From: Clostridia bacterium
GTDB taxonomy: Bacteria; Bacillota; Clostridia; Oscillospirales; CAG-272
Length of the DNA: 64,000 nt
Direction: 5' to 3'
Assembly: GCA_017556745.1 (NCBI GenBank)
Contig: JAFYMF010000057.1
Span: 3,485-67,484 of the forward strand
Position 1 is the stretch's first letter. The number at the start of each line of letters is the position of its first letter. Shown in pieces: positions 50,360-58,004 of the stretch. Made by a program: the position numbers and the translations under genes. Under the pieces are notes generated by a model. The model did no database searches. It saw only the letters and a program-made list of their open reading frames with translations, and was not told where the DNA came from.

Positions 50360-50388
50360 ATAATACCACATATTAAAGATGATTTCAA
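50360..50388 (-). promoter_or_regulatory. sigma-A type promoter of the cdaA operon (TTGAAA-17-TGgTATTAT)
   Basis: On the minus strand, -35 TTGAAA is at 50388-50383, the spacer is 17 nt, and the extended -10 TGG-TATTAT has its -10 at 50365-50360. Confidence 0.65.
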
Positions 50389-50540
50389 ACTTTTTCTTAA
50401 TATTTTAATATTTTTTACTTTTAAAATTGCATGTAGTGCAAAACCTTCCTTACAAGGCAAAAATATACATGTTATACAATTGTTTTTTCACATAAAAACA
50501 AATTATTTTATAAATTACTATTTTCTTTTTTGACGTTTTG

Positions 50541-50549
50541 TGATATAAT
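50541..50549 (+). promoter_or_regulatory. extended -10 promoter element (TGaTATAAT) upstream of the NTPase/oxidoreductase operon
   Basis: TG at 50541-50542 and TATAAT at 50544-50549. The -35 region is weak (TTTTCT at a 17-nt spacing). Lies about 33 nt upstream of ATG 50582. Confidence 0.5.
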
Positions 50550-50581
50550 TTAAAAATATAAAAGTTTAAAGGTTGAATAGA

Positions 50582-51271
50582 ATGAATTTTTGTAATTTCC
50601 GCAAAAAAATAATTGCTGTCGTAGGTCACTACGGAAGCGGAAAAACCAATGTTGCCGTTAATCTTGCTCTCAAGCTGAGTGAGTCAGGCAACAAGGTGAC
50701 GTTGATCGATCTCGATACCGTTAACCCCTATTTCAGAGCAGCAGATGCAAAAGAAAAGCTTTCTGCGGCCGGCATAGGAACCATTATTCCTGAGTTCGCT
50801 AACACCAACGTAGATCTCCCGTCTCTTCCGTCGGAGATTAACCGTGTTTTCGATACAGTATCAGACAAGTCCATGCCTGATGAATACTTTATTTTTGATG
50901 TAGGCGGTAGTGACGGAGCTGTAGCACTCGGCATGTACAACAAACAGATTCTTGCTTCCGGCGGATGTGAGATGATAGGCGTTATAAACATGTACCGTCC
51001 TCTGACCGATACACCGGAAACCGCAGCAGATGACCTTAGAGAAATTGAAGAATATTCGAGGCTCAAGGTAACATCTCTCGTAAACAATTCCTCTATCGGG
51101 GTTGAGACCACTACAGATACGGTTTTGAGATCCCTTGTTTACGCAAACAAAACGGCAGAGTTAATGGGGGTTCCTCTCCTGTTTACCTCATATATCGAAT
51201 CACCTAATGTCGCGCTTTCTGATGATGAGACTTTTTTCAAAATGAAGAATGCCACAAAACAGATATTCTAG
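50582..51271 (+). CDS. SIMIBI-class P-loop NTPase (MinD/CooC/GPN-like), function unknown
   Basis: 229 aa from ATG 50582, which has an AAAGG SD 9 nt upstream (the ORF track starts at TTG 50573). Has Walker A GHYGSGKT, LIDLDTVNPYF and Walker-B/G3-like IFDVGGSD. Confidence 0.65.
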   Translation: MNFCNFRKKIIAVVGHYGSGKTNVAVNLALKLSESGNKVTLIDLDTVNPYFRAADAKEKLSAAGIGTIIPEFANTNVDLPSLPSEINRVFDTVSDKSMPDEYFIFDVGGSDGAVALGMYNKQILASGGCEMIGVINMYRPLTDTPETAADDLREIEEYSRLKVTSLVNNSSIGVETTTDTVLRSLVYANKTAELMGVPLLFTSYIESPNVALSDDETFFKMKNATKQIF

Positions 51272-51287
51272 AATGGAGGATATACAT

Positions 51288-51497
51288 ATGAACAAGGTTA
51301 CATTCAATGTAGACCGTTGTAAAGGTTGCGGTCTTTGCGTAACGGTTTGCCCTAAGAAGATCATCTCTCTTTCCAGCACAAACCTCAATCAGAAGGGTTA
51401 TCACCCTGCTGAAATCACCGATATGTCTAAGTGCATCGCTTGTGCTATGTGTGCAACAATGTGCCCGGACACTGTTATCAAAGTCGAGAAAGAATAA
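51288..51497 (+). CDS. 2-oxoacid:ferredoxin oxidoreductase delta subunit (2x[4Fe-4S] ferredoxin)
   Basis: 69 aa from ATG 51288, with a GGAGG SD upstream. Has two CxxCxxCxxxCP motifs (CKGCGLCVTVCP, CIACAMCATMCP). Confidence 0.85.
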   Translation: MNKVTFNVDRCKGCGLCVTVCPKKIISLSSTNLNQKGYHPAEITDMSKCIACAMCATMCPDTVIKVEKE

Positions 51498-51511
51498 GGA
51501 GTGATACAGTA

Positions 51512-52576
51512 ATGTCAAACAAAGTATTGATGAAAGGTAACGAGGCTCTGGCCGAGGCTGCTATAAAGAGCGGTTGTATCCATTTCTTCGGATATCCCAT
51601 AACTCCTCAGACAGAAGTTGCCGAGTATCTTGCAAAGCGCCTTCCTAAGGTAGGCGGTCTTTGCCTTCAGGCAGAATCTGAAATAGCTGCAATAAATATG
51701 GTTATGGGTGCCGCAGCTACCGGTACCCGTGTTATGACCTCATCATCTTCCCCCGGAATAAGCCTTAAGAGCGAAGGTATCAGTTACATAGCAGGTTGCG
51801 ATCTTCCCTGCGTTATCGTAAACGTCCAGCGCGGCGGCCCCGGTCTCGGCGGTATTCAGCCCTCTCAGGCTGACTACAATCAGGCTACCAAGGCTAATGC
51901 ACACGGAGACATGCATGTTATCGTACTTGCTCCTTCCTCCGTTCAGGAAATGGCAACTCTCGCAAGTGAAGCATTTGACCTTGCAGATATCTACCGTGTA
52001 CCTGCAATGATTCTTGCAGACGGTGCTCTTGGTCAGATGATGGAGCCGGTTGACTTTGACGCGAAAGAGTCAAGAGAACTTCCCGAGAAGAACTGGGTAA
52101 CCAACGGTCACGGTGGTAAGCGTAAGAAGAATATTGTTAACTCTCTCTTTATGGATCCCGCGGCTCTTGAAGCTTCGGTTATTGAGAGATTCCAGCGTTA
52201 CGAGGTTATCAAAGAGAATGAGGTTAAATACGAGGAATATATGACCGAGGATGCCGATATCGTTCTCGTTGCATATGGTATCACTTCCCGTATCTGTAAG
52301 TCTGCTGTTATCGCTGCCCGTGCTGCAGGAATCAAGGTAGGTCTTCTCCGCCCCATCACCCTTTGGCCCTATCCCTCCAAAGCTCTCGGTAAGCTTGCTG
52401 ATACTGCAAAGCATTTCCTTGTAGTTGAGCTTAATATGGGACAGATGGTTGATGACGTTAAGCTTGCTGTTGAGTGTCGCCGTCCCGTTTCCTTCTTCGG
52501 TAGAACCGGCGGTATGCTTCCCACCCCCGATGACGTTGTGGAAGAAATCAAGAAAATCGCAGGAGGTATTGCGTAA
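51512..52576 (+). CDS. 2-oxoacid:ferredoxin oxidoreductase alpha subunit (KorA/VorB type)
   Basis: 354 aa from ATG 51512, with an AAGGAG SD upstream. N-terminus VLMKGNEALAEAAIKSGC..FFGYPITPQTE. Substrate (2-oxoglutarate or branched-chain 2-oxoacid) is not decidable. Confidence 0.9.
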   Translation: MSNKVLMKGNEALAEAAIKSGCIHFFGYPITPQTEVAEYLAKRLPKVGGLCLQAESEIAAINMVMGAAATGTRVMTSSSSPGISLKSEGISYIAGCDLPCVIVNVQRGGPGLGGIQPSQADYNQATKANAHGDMHVIVLAPSSVQEMATLASEAFDLADIYRVPAMILADGALGQMMEPVDFDAKESRELPEKNWVTNGHGGKRKKNIVNSLFMDPAALEASVIERFQRYEVIKENEVKYEEYMTEDADIVLVAYGITSRICKSAVIAARAAGIKVGLLRPITLWPYPSKALGKLADTAKHFLVVELNMGQMVDDVKLAVECRRPVSFFGRTGGMLPTPDDVVEEIKKIAGGIA

Positions 52577-53328
52577 TGGTAGTATTTGACAGACCTAAAG
52601 CACTTAGTGATGTACCGCTTCACTACTGCCCCGGCTGTACCCACGGTATAGTACACCGCCTTGTAGCAGAAGCAATAGATGACCTTGGTGTTGTTGATAA
52701 GACTGTAGGTATCGCGCCCGTTGGTTGCTCGGTATTTGCATATAATTATTTCGAATGCGATATGATCGAGGCTGCACACGGCAGAGCACCTGCTGTTGCT
52801 ACCGGTGTTAAGCGTACCAACCCCGATACTGTTGTATTCACCTATCAGGGTGACGGTGACCTCGCTGCTATCGGTACTGCGGAAACTGTTCACGCCTGTG
52901 CACGCGGTGAGAACCTCACCATAATTTTCATAAACAACTGTATTTACGGTATGACCGGTGGTCAGATGGCTCCTACCTCTATGCCCGGTCAGGTTACCAC
53001 CACCTCTCCCTACGGACGTGACAGAAAGATCCAGGGATCTCCGATCCGCGTTTGTGAAATGCTCTCTACTCTTGACGGTGTAGCATATGCAGAGCGAGTA
53101 TCTGTAGATTGCCCCAAGAACGTTCTTCATGCAAAGAAGGCTATTAAAAAGGCATTCCAGAACCAGATTGATAAGAAAGGACTCTCCATTATTGAGGTTC
53201 TTTCCACTTGTCCTTCCAACTGGGGTAAATCTCCTATAGAGTCTCTTGAGTGGCTCAGAAACGAAATGATGCCCTACTATCCTCTTGGAGTATACAAGGA
53301 TATAGATGCTAAGGAGGAAGATAAATAA
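52576..53328 (+). CDS. 2-oxoacid:ferredoxin oxidoreductase beta subunit (TPP-binding)
   Basis: 250 aa with HYCPGCTHG and the TPP motif YQGDGDLAAIG...NN. Start overlaps the alpha-subunit stop. Confidence 0.9.
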   Translation: MVVFDRPKALSDVPLHYCPGCTHGIVHRLVAEAIDDLGVVDKTVGIAPVGCSVFAYNYFECDMIEAAHGRAPAVATGVKRTNPDTVVFTYQGDGDLAAIGTAETVHACARGENLTIIFINNCIYGMTGGQMAPTSMPGQVTTTSPYGRDRKIQGSPIRVCEMLSTLDGVAYAERVSVDCPKNVLHAKKAIKKAFQNQIDKKGLSIIEVLSTCPSNWGKSPIESLEWLRNEMMPYYPLGVYKDIDAKEEDK

Positions 53329-53864
53329 TGACTCATAACATTATAATATCCGGTTTCGGTGGACAGGGTATCCTCTTTGCCAGCAAGCAGCTTGCAAAGT
53401 CCGCAATGCACGAGGATCTTCATGTATCCTGGCTTCCCTCTTACGGCCCTGAAATGCGTGGCGGTGCATGTAACTGTTCTGTTATCATCTCTGATGAGGA
53501 GATCGGTTCTCCCCTTATTCCTCATCCCGATATACTTATTGTATTCAATCTTCCCAGCTTTGATAAGTTTGAGTCTCAAGTTTCTGCAGGCGGTCTTCTC
53601 ATTGTCGACAGTACTCTTGTAAACAAGAAGAGTGAGCGTGATGACATCAATGTGTCATATATACCCGCAACCGGACTTGCTGCAGACAATAAGCTTGACG
53701 GTCTTGCAAACGTTATCGTTCTCGGTCATCTTCTGAAGAAGACCGGTATGTTCGATTATGACAGCTTCCTTTCCTTCATGGTTTCCAGTATTCCTCCTGC
53801 AAAGGCGGCTCTTATTGAAAAGAACACTCTCGCACTCAAGATAGGTTACGATTACGAGGGTTGA
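53328..53864 (+). CDS. 2-oxoacid:ferredoxin oxidoreductase gamma subunit
   Basis: 178 aa with IIISGFGGQGILFASK..., typical of the gamma subunit. Start overlaps the beta-subunit stop. Confidence 0.9.
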   Translation: MTHNIIISGFGGQGILFASKQLAKSAMHEDLHVSWLPSYGPEMRGGACNCSVIISDEEIGSPLIPHPDILIVFNLPSFDKFESQVSAGGLLIVDSTLVNKKSERDDINVSYIPATGLAADNKLDGLANVIVLGHLLKKTGMFDYDSFLSFMVSSIPPAKAALIEKNTLALKIGYDYEG

Positions 53865-53875
53865 TAGAATTAAAC

Positions 53876-53916
53876 AAAAAACAGATGTGTAATTTGCTTT
53901 ACACATCTGTTTTTTT
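53876..53916 (+). terminator. rho-independent terminator of the oxidoreductase operon
   Basis: An 11-bp stem ACAGATGTGTA (53881-53891) / TACACATCTGT (53900-53910) with an 8-nt loop and T6 (53911-53916). An upstream A-run allows bidirectional use. Confidence 0.85.
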
Positions 53917-53946
53917 ATACTTTATTACGAATTCCGATTATCTACA

Positions 53947-53975
53947 TTGACTTTTGTGTAAAAAAATTGTATACT
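53947..53975 (+). promoter_or_regulatory. sigma-A type promoter of the DUF1846 gene (TTGACT-17-TATACT)
   Basis: -35 TTGACT at 53947-53952, a 17-nt spacer, and -10 TATACT at 53970-53975. Lies about 70 nt upstream of ATG 54046, which has an AGGAG SD. Confidence 0.7.
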
Positions 53976-54045
53976 AATGTGTATGGTTTTTTCTAAGACA
54001 TAACCAATAAAACAAATTCGGTAATACAGAGAGCAGGAGTTTATT

Positions 54046-55530
54046 ATGGGCAAAATAGGCTTTAACAATGAAAAATATATTCAGCTTCAGTCTGAAAAAA
54101 TAGTTGAGCGTATTTCAAGCTTTGGCGGTAAGCTTTACCTTGAATTCGGTGGAAAGCTCTTTGACGATTTTCACGCCTCGAGAGTTCTGCCCGGTTTTTG
54201 CCCCGACAGTAAAATAAAGATGTTGCTTCATATGAAAGACCAGGCGGAAACTATTGTTGTTGTGTCCGCTCCGTCCATTGAGCAAAATAAAATGCGAGGC
54301 GATCTTGGTATTACCTATGATATGGATGCCCTCCGTCTTATCGATGCTTTTAATGAAGTTGGCATTTCTGTTGCAGGTGTAGTCATCACTCAGTACACAA
54401 AACAGCCTGCTGCAGATGCATTTATAAAGCGTCTTGAAAATCTCGGTATTCCCGCATACCGTCACTATCCCATAAGCGGTTATCCTTCAAATGTGAAAAT
54501 GATCGTTAGTGACGAGGGATTTGGTAAAAACGATTATATTGAAACAAGTAAACCACTTGTTGTTATTACTGCACCCGGACCAGGTAGCGGAAAAATGGCA
54601 ACCTGTCTTTCACAGCTTTACCATGATAATCAGAGAGGTGTCAAGGCAGGATATGCTAAGTTTGAGACCTTCCCTATCTGGAATCTCCCTCTCAAGCACC
54701 CTGTAAACATGGCATACGAGGCTGCAACACTTGATCTTAACGATGTAAATATGATAGATCCTTTCCACCTTGAGGCAACCGGAGTTACTACAGTAAATTA
54801 CAATCGTGATATTGAGGTATATCCTGTACTCAAGGCTATATTTGAAAAAATATATGGTGAGTGTCCCTACAAATCACCTACAGAGATGGGTGTTAACATG
54901 GTGGGATATTGTATCGAGGATAACGATGTGGTATGTGATGCATCAAAAATGGAGATAGTACGTCGTTATTATGATGCCCTTTGTAACAAGCGCAATGGCA
55001 TTTCGGGTTCTGAACAGATATATAAGGCAGAGCTTCTTATGAACCAGGTTGGTATTGATGCAGATTACCGTAAGGTCGTAAAACCTGCTCTTGAAAAGGC
55101 AGAAGAAAACGGTGCTCCCGCAGCTGCAATAGAGCTTCCTGACGGAAAAATTATTACAGGAAAAAACTCGCCTCTGCTCGGTGCATCAGCAGCTGCACTT
55201 CTTAATGCTTTGAAGTATCTCGGCGGAATTGACGATTCATATCTTCTTCTTCCTGTTGAGGTTATTTCCCCCATTCAAAAGCTTAAGACTGAGAATCTCG
55301 GCAACCATAATCCGAGACTCCATGCAGACGAAACCCTGATTGCCCTCGCAATATCCGCAACGACCGATCCAATGGCAAAGTTGGCTATGGAACAGCTTCC
55401 TAAGCTCAATGGATGCGAGGCTCACGTAAGTGTTATAGTAACAAGCGTAGATAAAAACGTATACCGCAAGTTAGGTATGAATCTCACCTGTGAACCGGTG
55501 TATGCAACTAAAAAATTATACCATAAATAA
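54046..55530 (+). CDS. DUF1846 (UPF0371) family protein, function unknown
   Basis: 494 aa. The N-terminus GFNNEKYIQLQSEKIVERI and overall length match the UPF0371 family as I recall it. Confidence 0.7.
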   Translation: MGKIGFNNEKYIQLQSEKIVERISSFGGKLYLEFGGKLFDDFHASRVLPGFCPDSKIKMLLHMKDQAETIVVVSAPSIEQNKMRGDLGITYDMDALRLIDAFNEVGISVAGVVITQYTKQPAADAFIKRLENLGIPAYRHYPISGYPSNVKMIVSDEGFGKNDYIETSKPLVVITAPGPGSGKMATCLSQLYHDNQRGVKAGYAKFETFPIWNLPLKHPVNMAYEAATLDLNDVNMIDPFHLEATGVTTVNYNRDIEVYPVLKAIFEKIYGECPYKSPTEMGVNMVGYCIEDNDVVCDASKMEIVRRYYDALCNKRNGISGSEQIYKAELLMNQVGIDADYRKVVKPALEKAEENGAPAAAIELPDGKIITGKNSPLLGASAAALLNALKYLGGIDDSYLLLPVEVISPIQKLKTENLGNHNPRLHADETLIALAISATTDPMAKLAMEQLPKLNGCEAHVSVIVTSVDKNVYRKLGMNLTCEPVYATKKLYHK

Positions 55531-55537
55531 AAAACAC

Positions 55538-55575
55538 AAATGGCGTACCTGTGGTAAAATGGGTACGCCATTTTT
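55538..55575 (+). terminator. rho-independent terminator of the DUF1846 gene
   Basis: Stem aaaTGGCGTACC (55538-55549) / GGTACGCCAttt (55562-55573) with a 12-nt loop and a T-run to 55575. Confidence 0.85.
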
Positions 55576-55621
55576 CTCAACCGCCACAACCATTGGTTGA
55601 AAAAACTCAAGAATCGGATGT

Positions 55622-55650
55622 TTGATTTTCCCTATACCGTATACTATAAT
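55622..55650 (+). promoter_or_regulatory. sigma-A type promoter of the XRE-TPR regulator (TTGATT-17-TATAAT)
   Basis: -35 TTGATT at 55622-55627, a 17-nt spacer, and -10 TATAAT at 55645-55650. An AAAGGAG SD precedes ATG 55697. Confidence 0.7.
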
Positions 55651-55696
55651 ATAGGTACGGAAGGCGCCTCCGAAACAAAGTAAAGGAGTAAACTTT

Positions 55697-56782
55697 ATGA
55701 ATCTCGGCAACAAGATACGTGAGCTGCGTAAATCAAACAATCTCACTCAGGAACAATTAGCCGCTTCGCTTAATATATCCGCTCAGGCTGTATCAAAATG
55801 GGAAATGGGAACATCTTACCCTGACATGACTATGATACCAACCATCGCGGCGCTTTTTAAGGTATCTCTTGACGTGCTTTTTGATTTTGACATAAAGAAT
55901 ATTGACAAAGAAATAGAAGATATTATAATGGAATACAAAAAGTATTTCTGGGATAATTTTGAAAAGGCTGAAGAGATTTTACTTGACGGACTTAAAATAT
56001 ATCCTGCTTCTGTACAGCTCAAAACCGAACTGTTTGAACTATACGCATATAATGCAGACAGAGGCGATGAGCTTATCAATAAAGCTTTTGAACTTGGGGG
56101 GCATATCATCAGTGTATCACAAGATATTTTCTGTACCTGTCGTACAAAATCAAACATAATCCATATTTACAAGTATCTTGAACGTGAAAAAGGAGAAGAT
56201 CATTACGAGGATATCAAGAATATAATCGATACCCTACCATATATTTATCCCTACATGCTTCAGGATAAAATGCGACTTTCCGCAAGTCTGATAAAAGGTG
56301 AGGAAGGAATGCGGGAGGCAATGGATCTCAAAATAATCGAATGGCAAGAATTCTTCATTGCTTGTGACGGTGTGGGACACCGTTATTTTGAAATGGAAGA
56401 TTATGAAAACGCGATGATTAGTTTCAAAGAGAGCGTGGACGTAATTGAAAGATTTATGTACCTCGACAAAAAAGGATATGATGCATATCCTATCGGTGGA
56501 ACACACGCAAACCATGCAATTACTCTACTTGATATTGCGACATGTATGCTGCGTCTCGGTAAAAAAGACGGGATAGATGATCTGATCGAAAAATCCAAGA
56601 ACATCTATTTTCATGCATACGATCATATTGAGCTCCGGGATTTTGACAAAACGATGAACAATATGCTGGAGTACTTTACAAAGCAATATAACGAAAAGAA
56701 GCTAAATGAATATAAAGAGCTTGACCTCAGAGATATAGAAAAATTTATTACTGAGAAAAACGCAGAGCTAAATAACAAATAA
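55697..56782 (+). CDS. XRE-family HTH transcriptional regulator with C-terminal TPR-like domain
   Basis: 361 aa with an N-terminal HTH_3 (IRELRKSNNLTQEQLAASLNISAQAVSKWE). The C-terminal all-helical region has TPR-like repeats (e.g. GHRYFEMEDYENAMISFKESVDVIE). Confidence 0.8.
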   Translation: MNLGNKIRELRKSNNLTQEQLAASLNISAQAVSKWEMGTSYPDMTMIPTIAALFKVSLDVLFDFDIKNIDKEIEDIIMEYKKYFWDNFEKAEEILLDGLKIYPASVQLKTELFELYAYNADRGDELINKAFELGGHIISVSQDIFCTCRTKSNIIHIYKYLEREKGEDHYEDIKNIIDTLPYIYPYMLQDKMRLSASLIKGEEGMREAMDLKIIEWQEFFIACDGVGHRYFEMEDYENAMISFKESVDVIERFMYLDKKGYDAYPIGGTHANHAITLLDIATCMLRLGKKDGIDDLIEKSKNIYFHAYDHIELRDFDKTMNNMLEYFTKQYNEKKLNEYKELDLRDIEKFITEKNAELNNK

Positions 56783-56786
56783 ATAT

Positions 56787-56829
56787 AAAAATCGCATAGA
56801 GTGACACTAATGTCATTCTATGCGATTTT
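56787..56829. terminator. bidirectional rho-independent terminator shared by the regulator (+) and tgt (-)
   Basis: A 16-bp stem (56791-56806 / 56811-56826) with one G-U pair and loop CTAA. Has an A-run on the left and a T-run on the right. Lies between convergent genes. Confidence 0.8.
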
Positions 56830-56849
56830 GTTATCTCTGATTATGAGCA

Positions 56850-57986
56850 TCAATCATCGACTCTCTCCGCAAGAGCAAAGCGGTACTTTCTGTAGAATTC
56901 CTCATATCTGCCATCATCAAGAGCATCTCTGATCTTCTGTGTAAGCTCGTTATAGAAATAGAGATTATGAAGAACAGCAAGACGCATGCCGAGCATTTCT
57001 TTAGCCTTGAGCAAGTGTCTTATATAACCGCGACTAAAATGACGGCAAGCGGGACAGTTGCAGTCAGGATCTATCGGACGCTCATCATAAATATATTTTT
57101 CGTTCATTATATTCATCTTACCGCGCCATGTAAAAAGATTTCCGTGTCTTGCGTTTCTGCTGGGCATAACACAGTCAAAAAAATCGACTCCGCGATATAC
57201 CGCCTCTATTATATTGACAGGAGTTCCAACACCCATAAGATACCTTGGTTTATCAACAGGCATAAAAGGCTCCACTGCCTCAATAATACGGTACATATCC
57301 TCAGTTGCCTCACCTACAGCAAGACCTCCTATAGCAAAGCCGTCACAGTCGCGCTCAGCTATAGTCTTCATGTGCTCGATTCGGAGATCCTCGTAGGTAC
57401 TTCCCTGATTTATTCCGAAAAGCATCTGGCTTTGATTGATAGTAGTCTCAAGTGAATTAAGTCTCTTCATCTCAGCCAGACATCTGTCAAGCCACCTGGT
57501 AGTTCTTGCGATCGAATCCTTAACGTAACCGTATTCTGCAGGATTTTCAACACATTCATCAAATGCCATTGCAATGGTGGAGGCAAGATTTGACTGTATC
57601 TGCATACTCTCCTCAGGCCCCATAAAAATACGACGACCGTCAATGTGAGACGCAAAAAGAACTCCTTCCTCAGTTATTTTTCTAAGTGAAGAAAGAGAAA
57701 ACACCTGAAATCCACCGCTATCGGTAAGGATTGGTCTATCCCAATTTATAAATTTATGAAGTCCTCCGTGACGAGCAATTACCTCGTCACCGGGACGAAC
57801 GTGAAGATGATAAGTATTTGAAAGTTCAACCTGACACTTTACCTCTCTGAGGTCGTAGGCTGATATACCACCCTTTACGGTACCGCAGGTACCAACGTTC
57901 ATAAATACCGGGGTCTCGATAGTTCCGTGCTTGGTTTCAAAACGTCCTCTACGGGCTGCCCCTTCTTTTTTTATTAAAGTAAACAA
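56850..57986 (-). CDS. tgt: tRNA-guanosine(34) transglycosylase
   Basis: 378 aa with ARRG.F.T.HG..ETPVFM, LTDSGGFQVFSL and the zinc motif CNCPAC...H. Confidence 0.95.
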   Translation of the reverse strand: MFTLIKKEGAARRGRFETKHGTIETPVFMNVGTCGTVKGGISAYDLREVKCQVELSNTYHLHVRPGDEVIARHGGLHKFINWDRPILTDSGGFQVFSLSSLRKITEEGVLFASHIDGRRIFMGPEESMQIQSNLASTIAMAFDECVENPAEYGYVKDSIARTTRWLDRCLAEMKRLNSLETTINQSQMLFGINQGSTYEDLRIEHMKTIAERDCDGFAIGGLAVGEATEDMYRIIEAVEPFMPVDKPRYLMGVGTPVNIIEAVYRGVDFFDCVMPSRNARHGNLFTWRGKMNIMNEKYIYDERPIDPDCNCPACRHFSRGYIRHLLKAKEMLGMRLAVLHNLYFYNELTQKIRDALDDGRYEEFYRKYRFALAERVDD

Positions 57987-58004
57987 GCGTTTATCTCCTT
58001 AAAC

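Noticed and set aside
50320-50460. 47-codon N-terminal extension of cdaA in the ORF track (MPCKEGFALH...)
   Set aside because: The extension contains the TTGAAA-17-TATTAT promoter and the AGGAGGT SD that serve ATG 50319. The extension has no CdaA-like sequence.
51249-51511. Upstream extensions of the delta (from 51249) and alpha (from 51431) subunit ORFs
   Set aside because: The internal ATGs at 51288 and 51512 are each preceded by a strong SD and give canonical N-termini. The extensions overlap the preceding genes in other frames.
52369-53130. 253-aa minus-strand ORF, the longest unexplained ORF in the track
   Set aside because: It lies entirely antisense to the well-supported alpha and beta oxidoreductase genes. 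It has no SD, a Ser/Thr/Gly/Arg-rich low-complexity composition and no recognisable motif. This is a typical mirror-frame artefact of a codon-biased gene.
55559-55600. 13-aa ORF (MGTPFFSTATTIG) upstream of the XRE-TPR regulator
   Set aside because: It starts within the terminator hairpin of the DUF1846 gene, has no SD and lies upstream of the regulator's promoter.
56810-56932. 40-aa ORF (MSFYAILLSLIMSINHRLSPQEQSGTFCRIPHICHHQEHL) just downstream of the XRE-TPR regulator, considered as a possible RRNPP-type signalling propeptide because of its hydrophobic N-terminus
   Set aside because: Its ATG sits inside the loop and right arm of the bidirectional terminator, and it has no convincing SD. About two thirds of it is antisense to the 3' end of tgt. 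Without conservation or Ribo-seq evidence it is most likely fortuitous.
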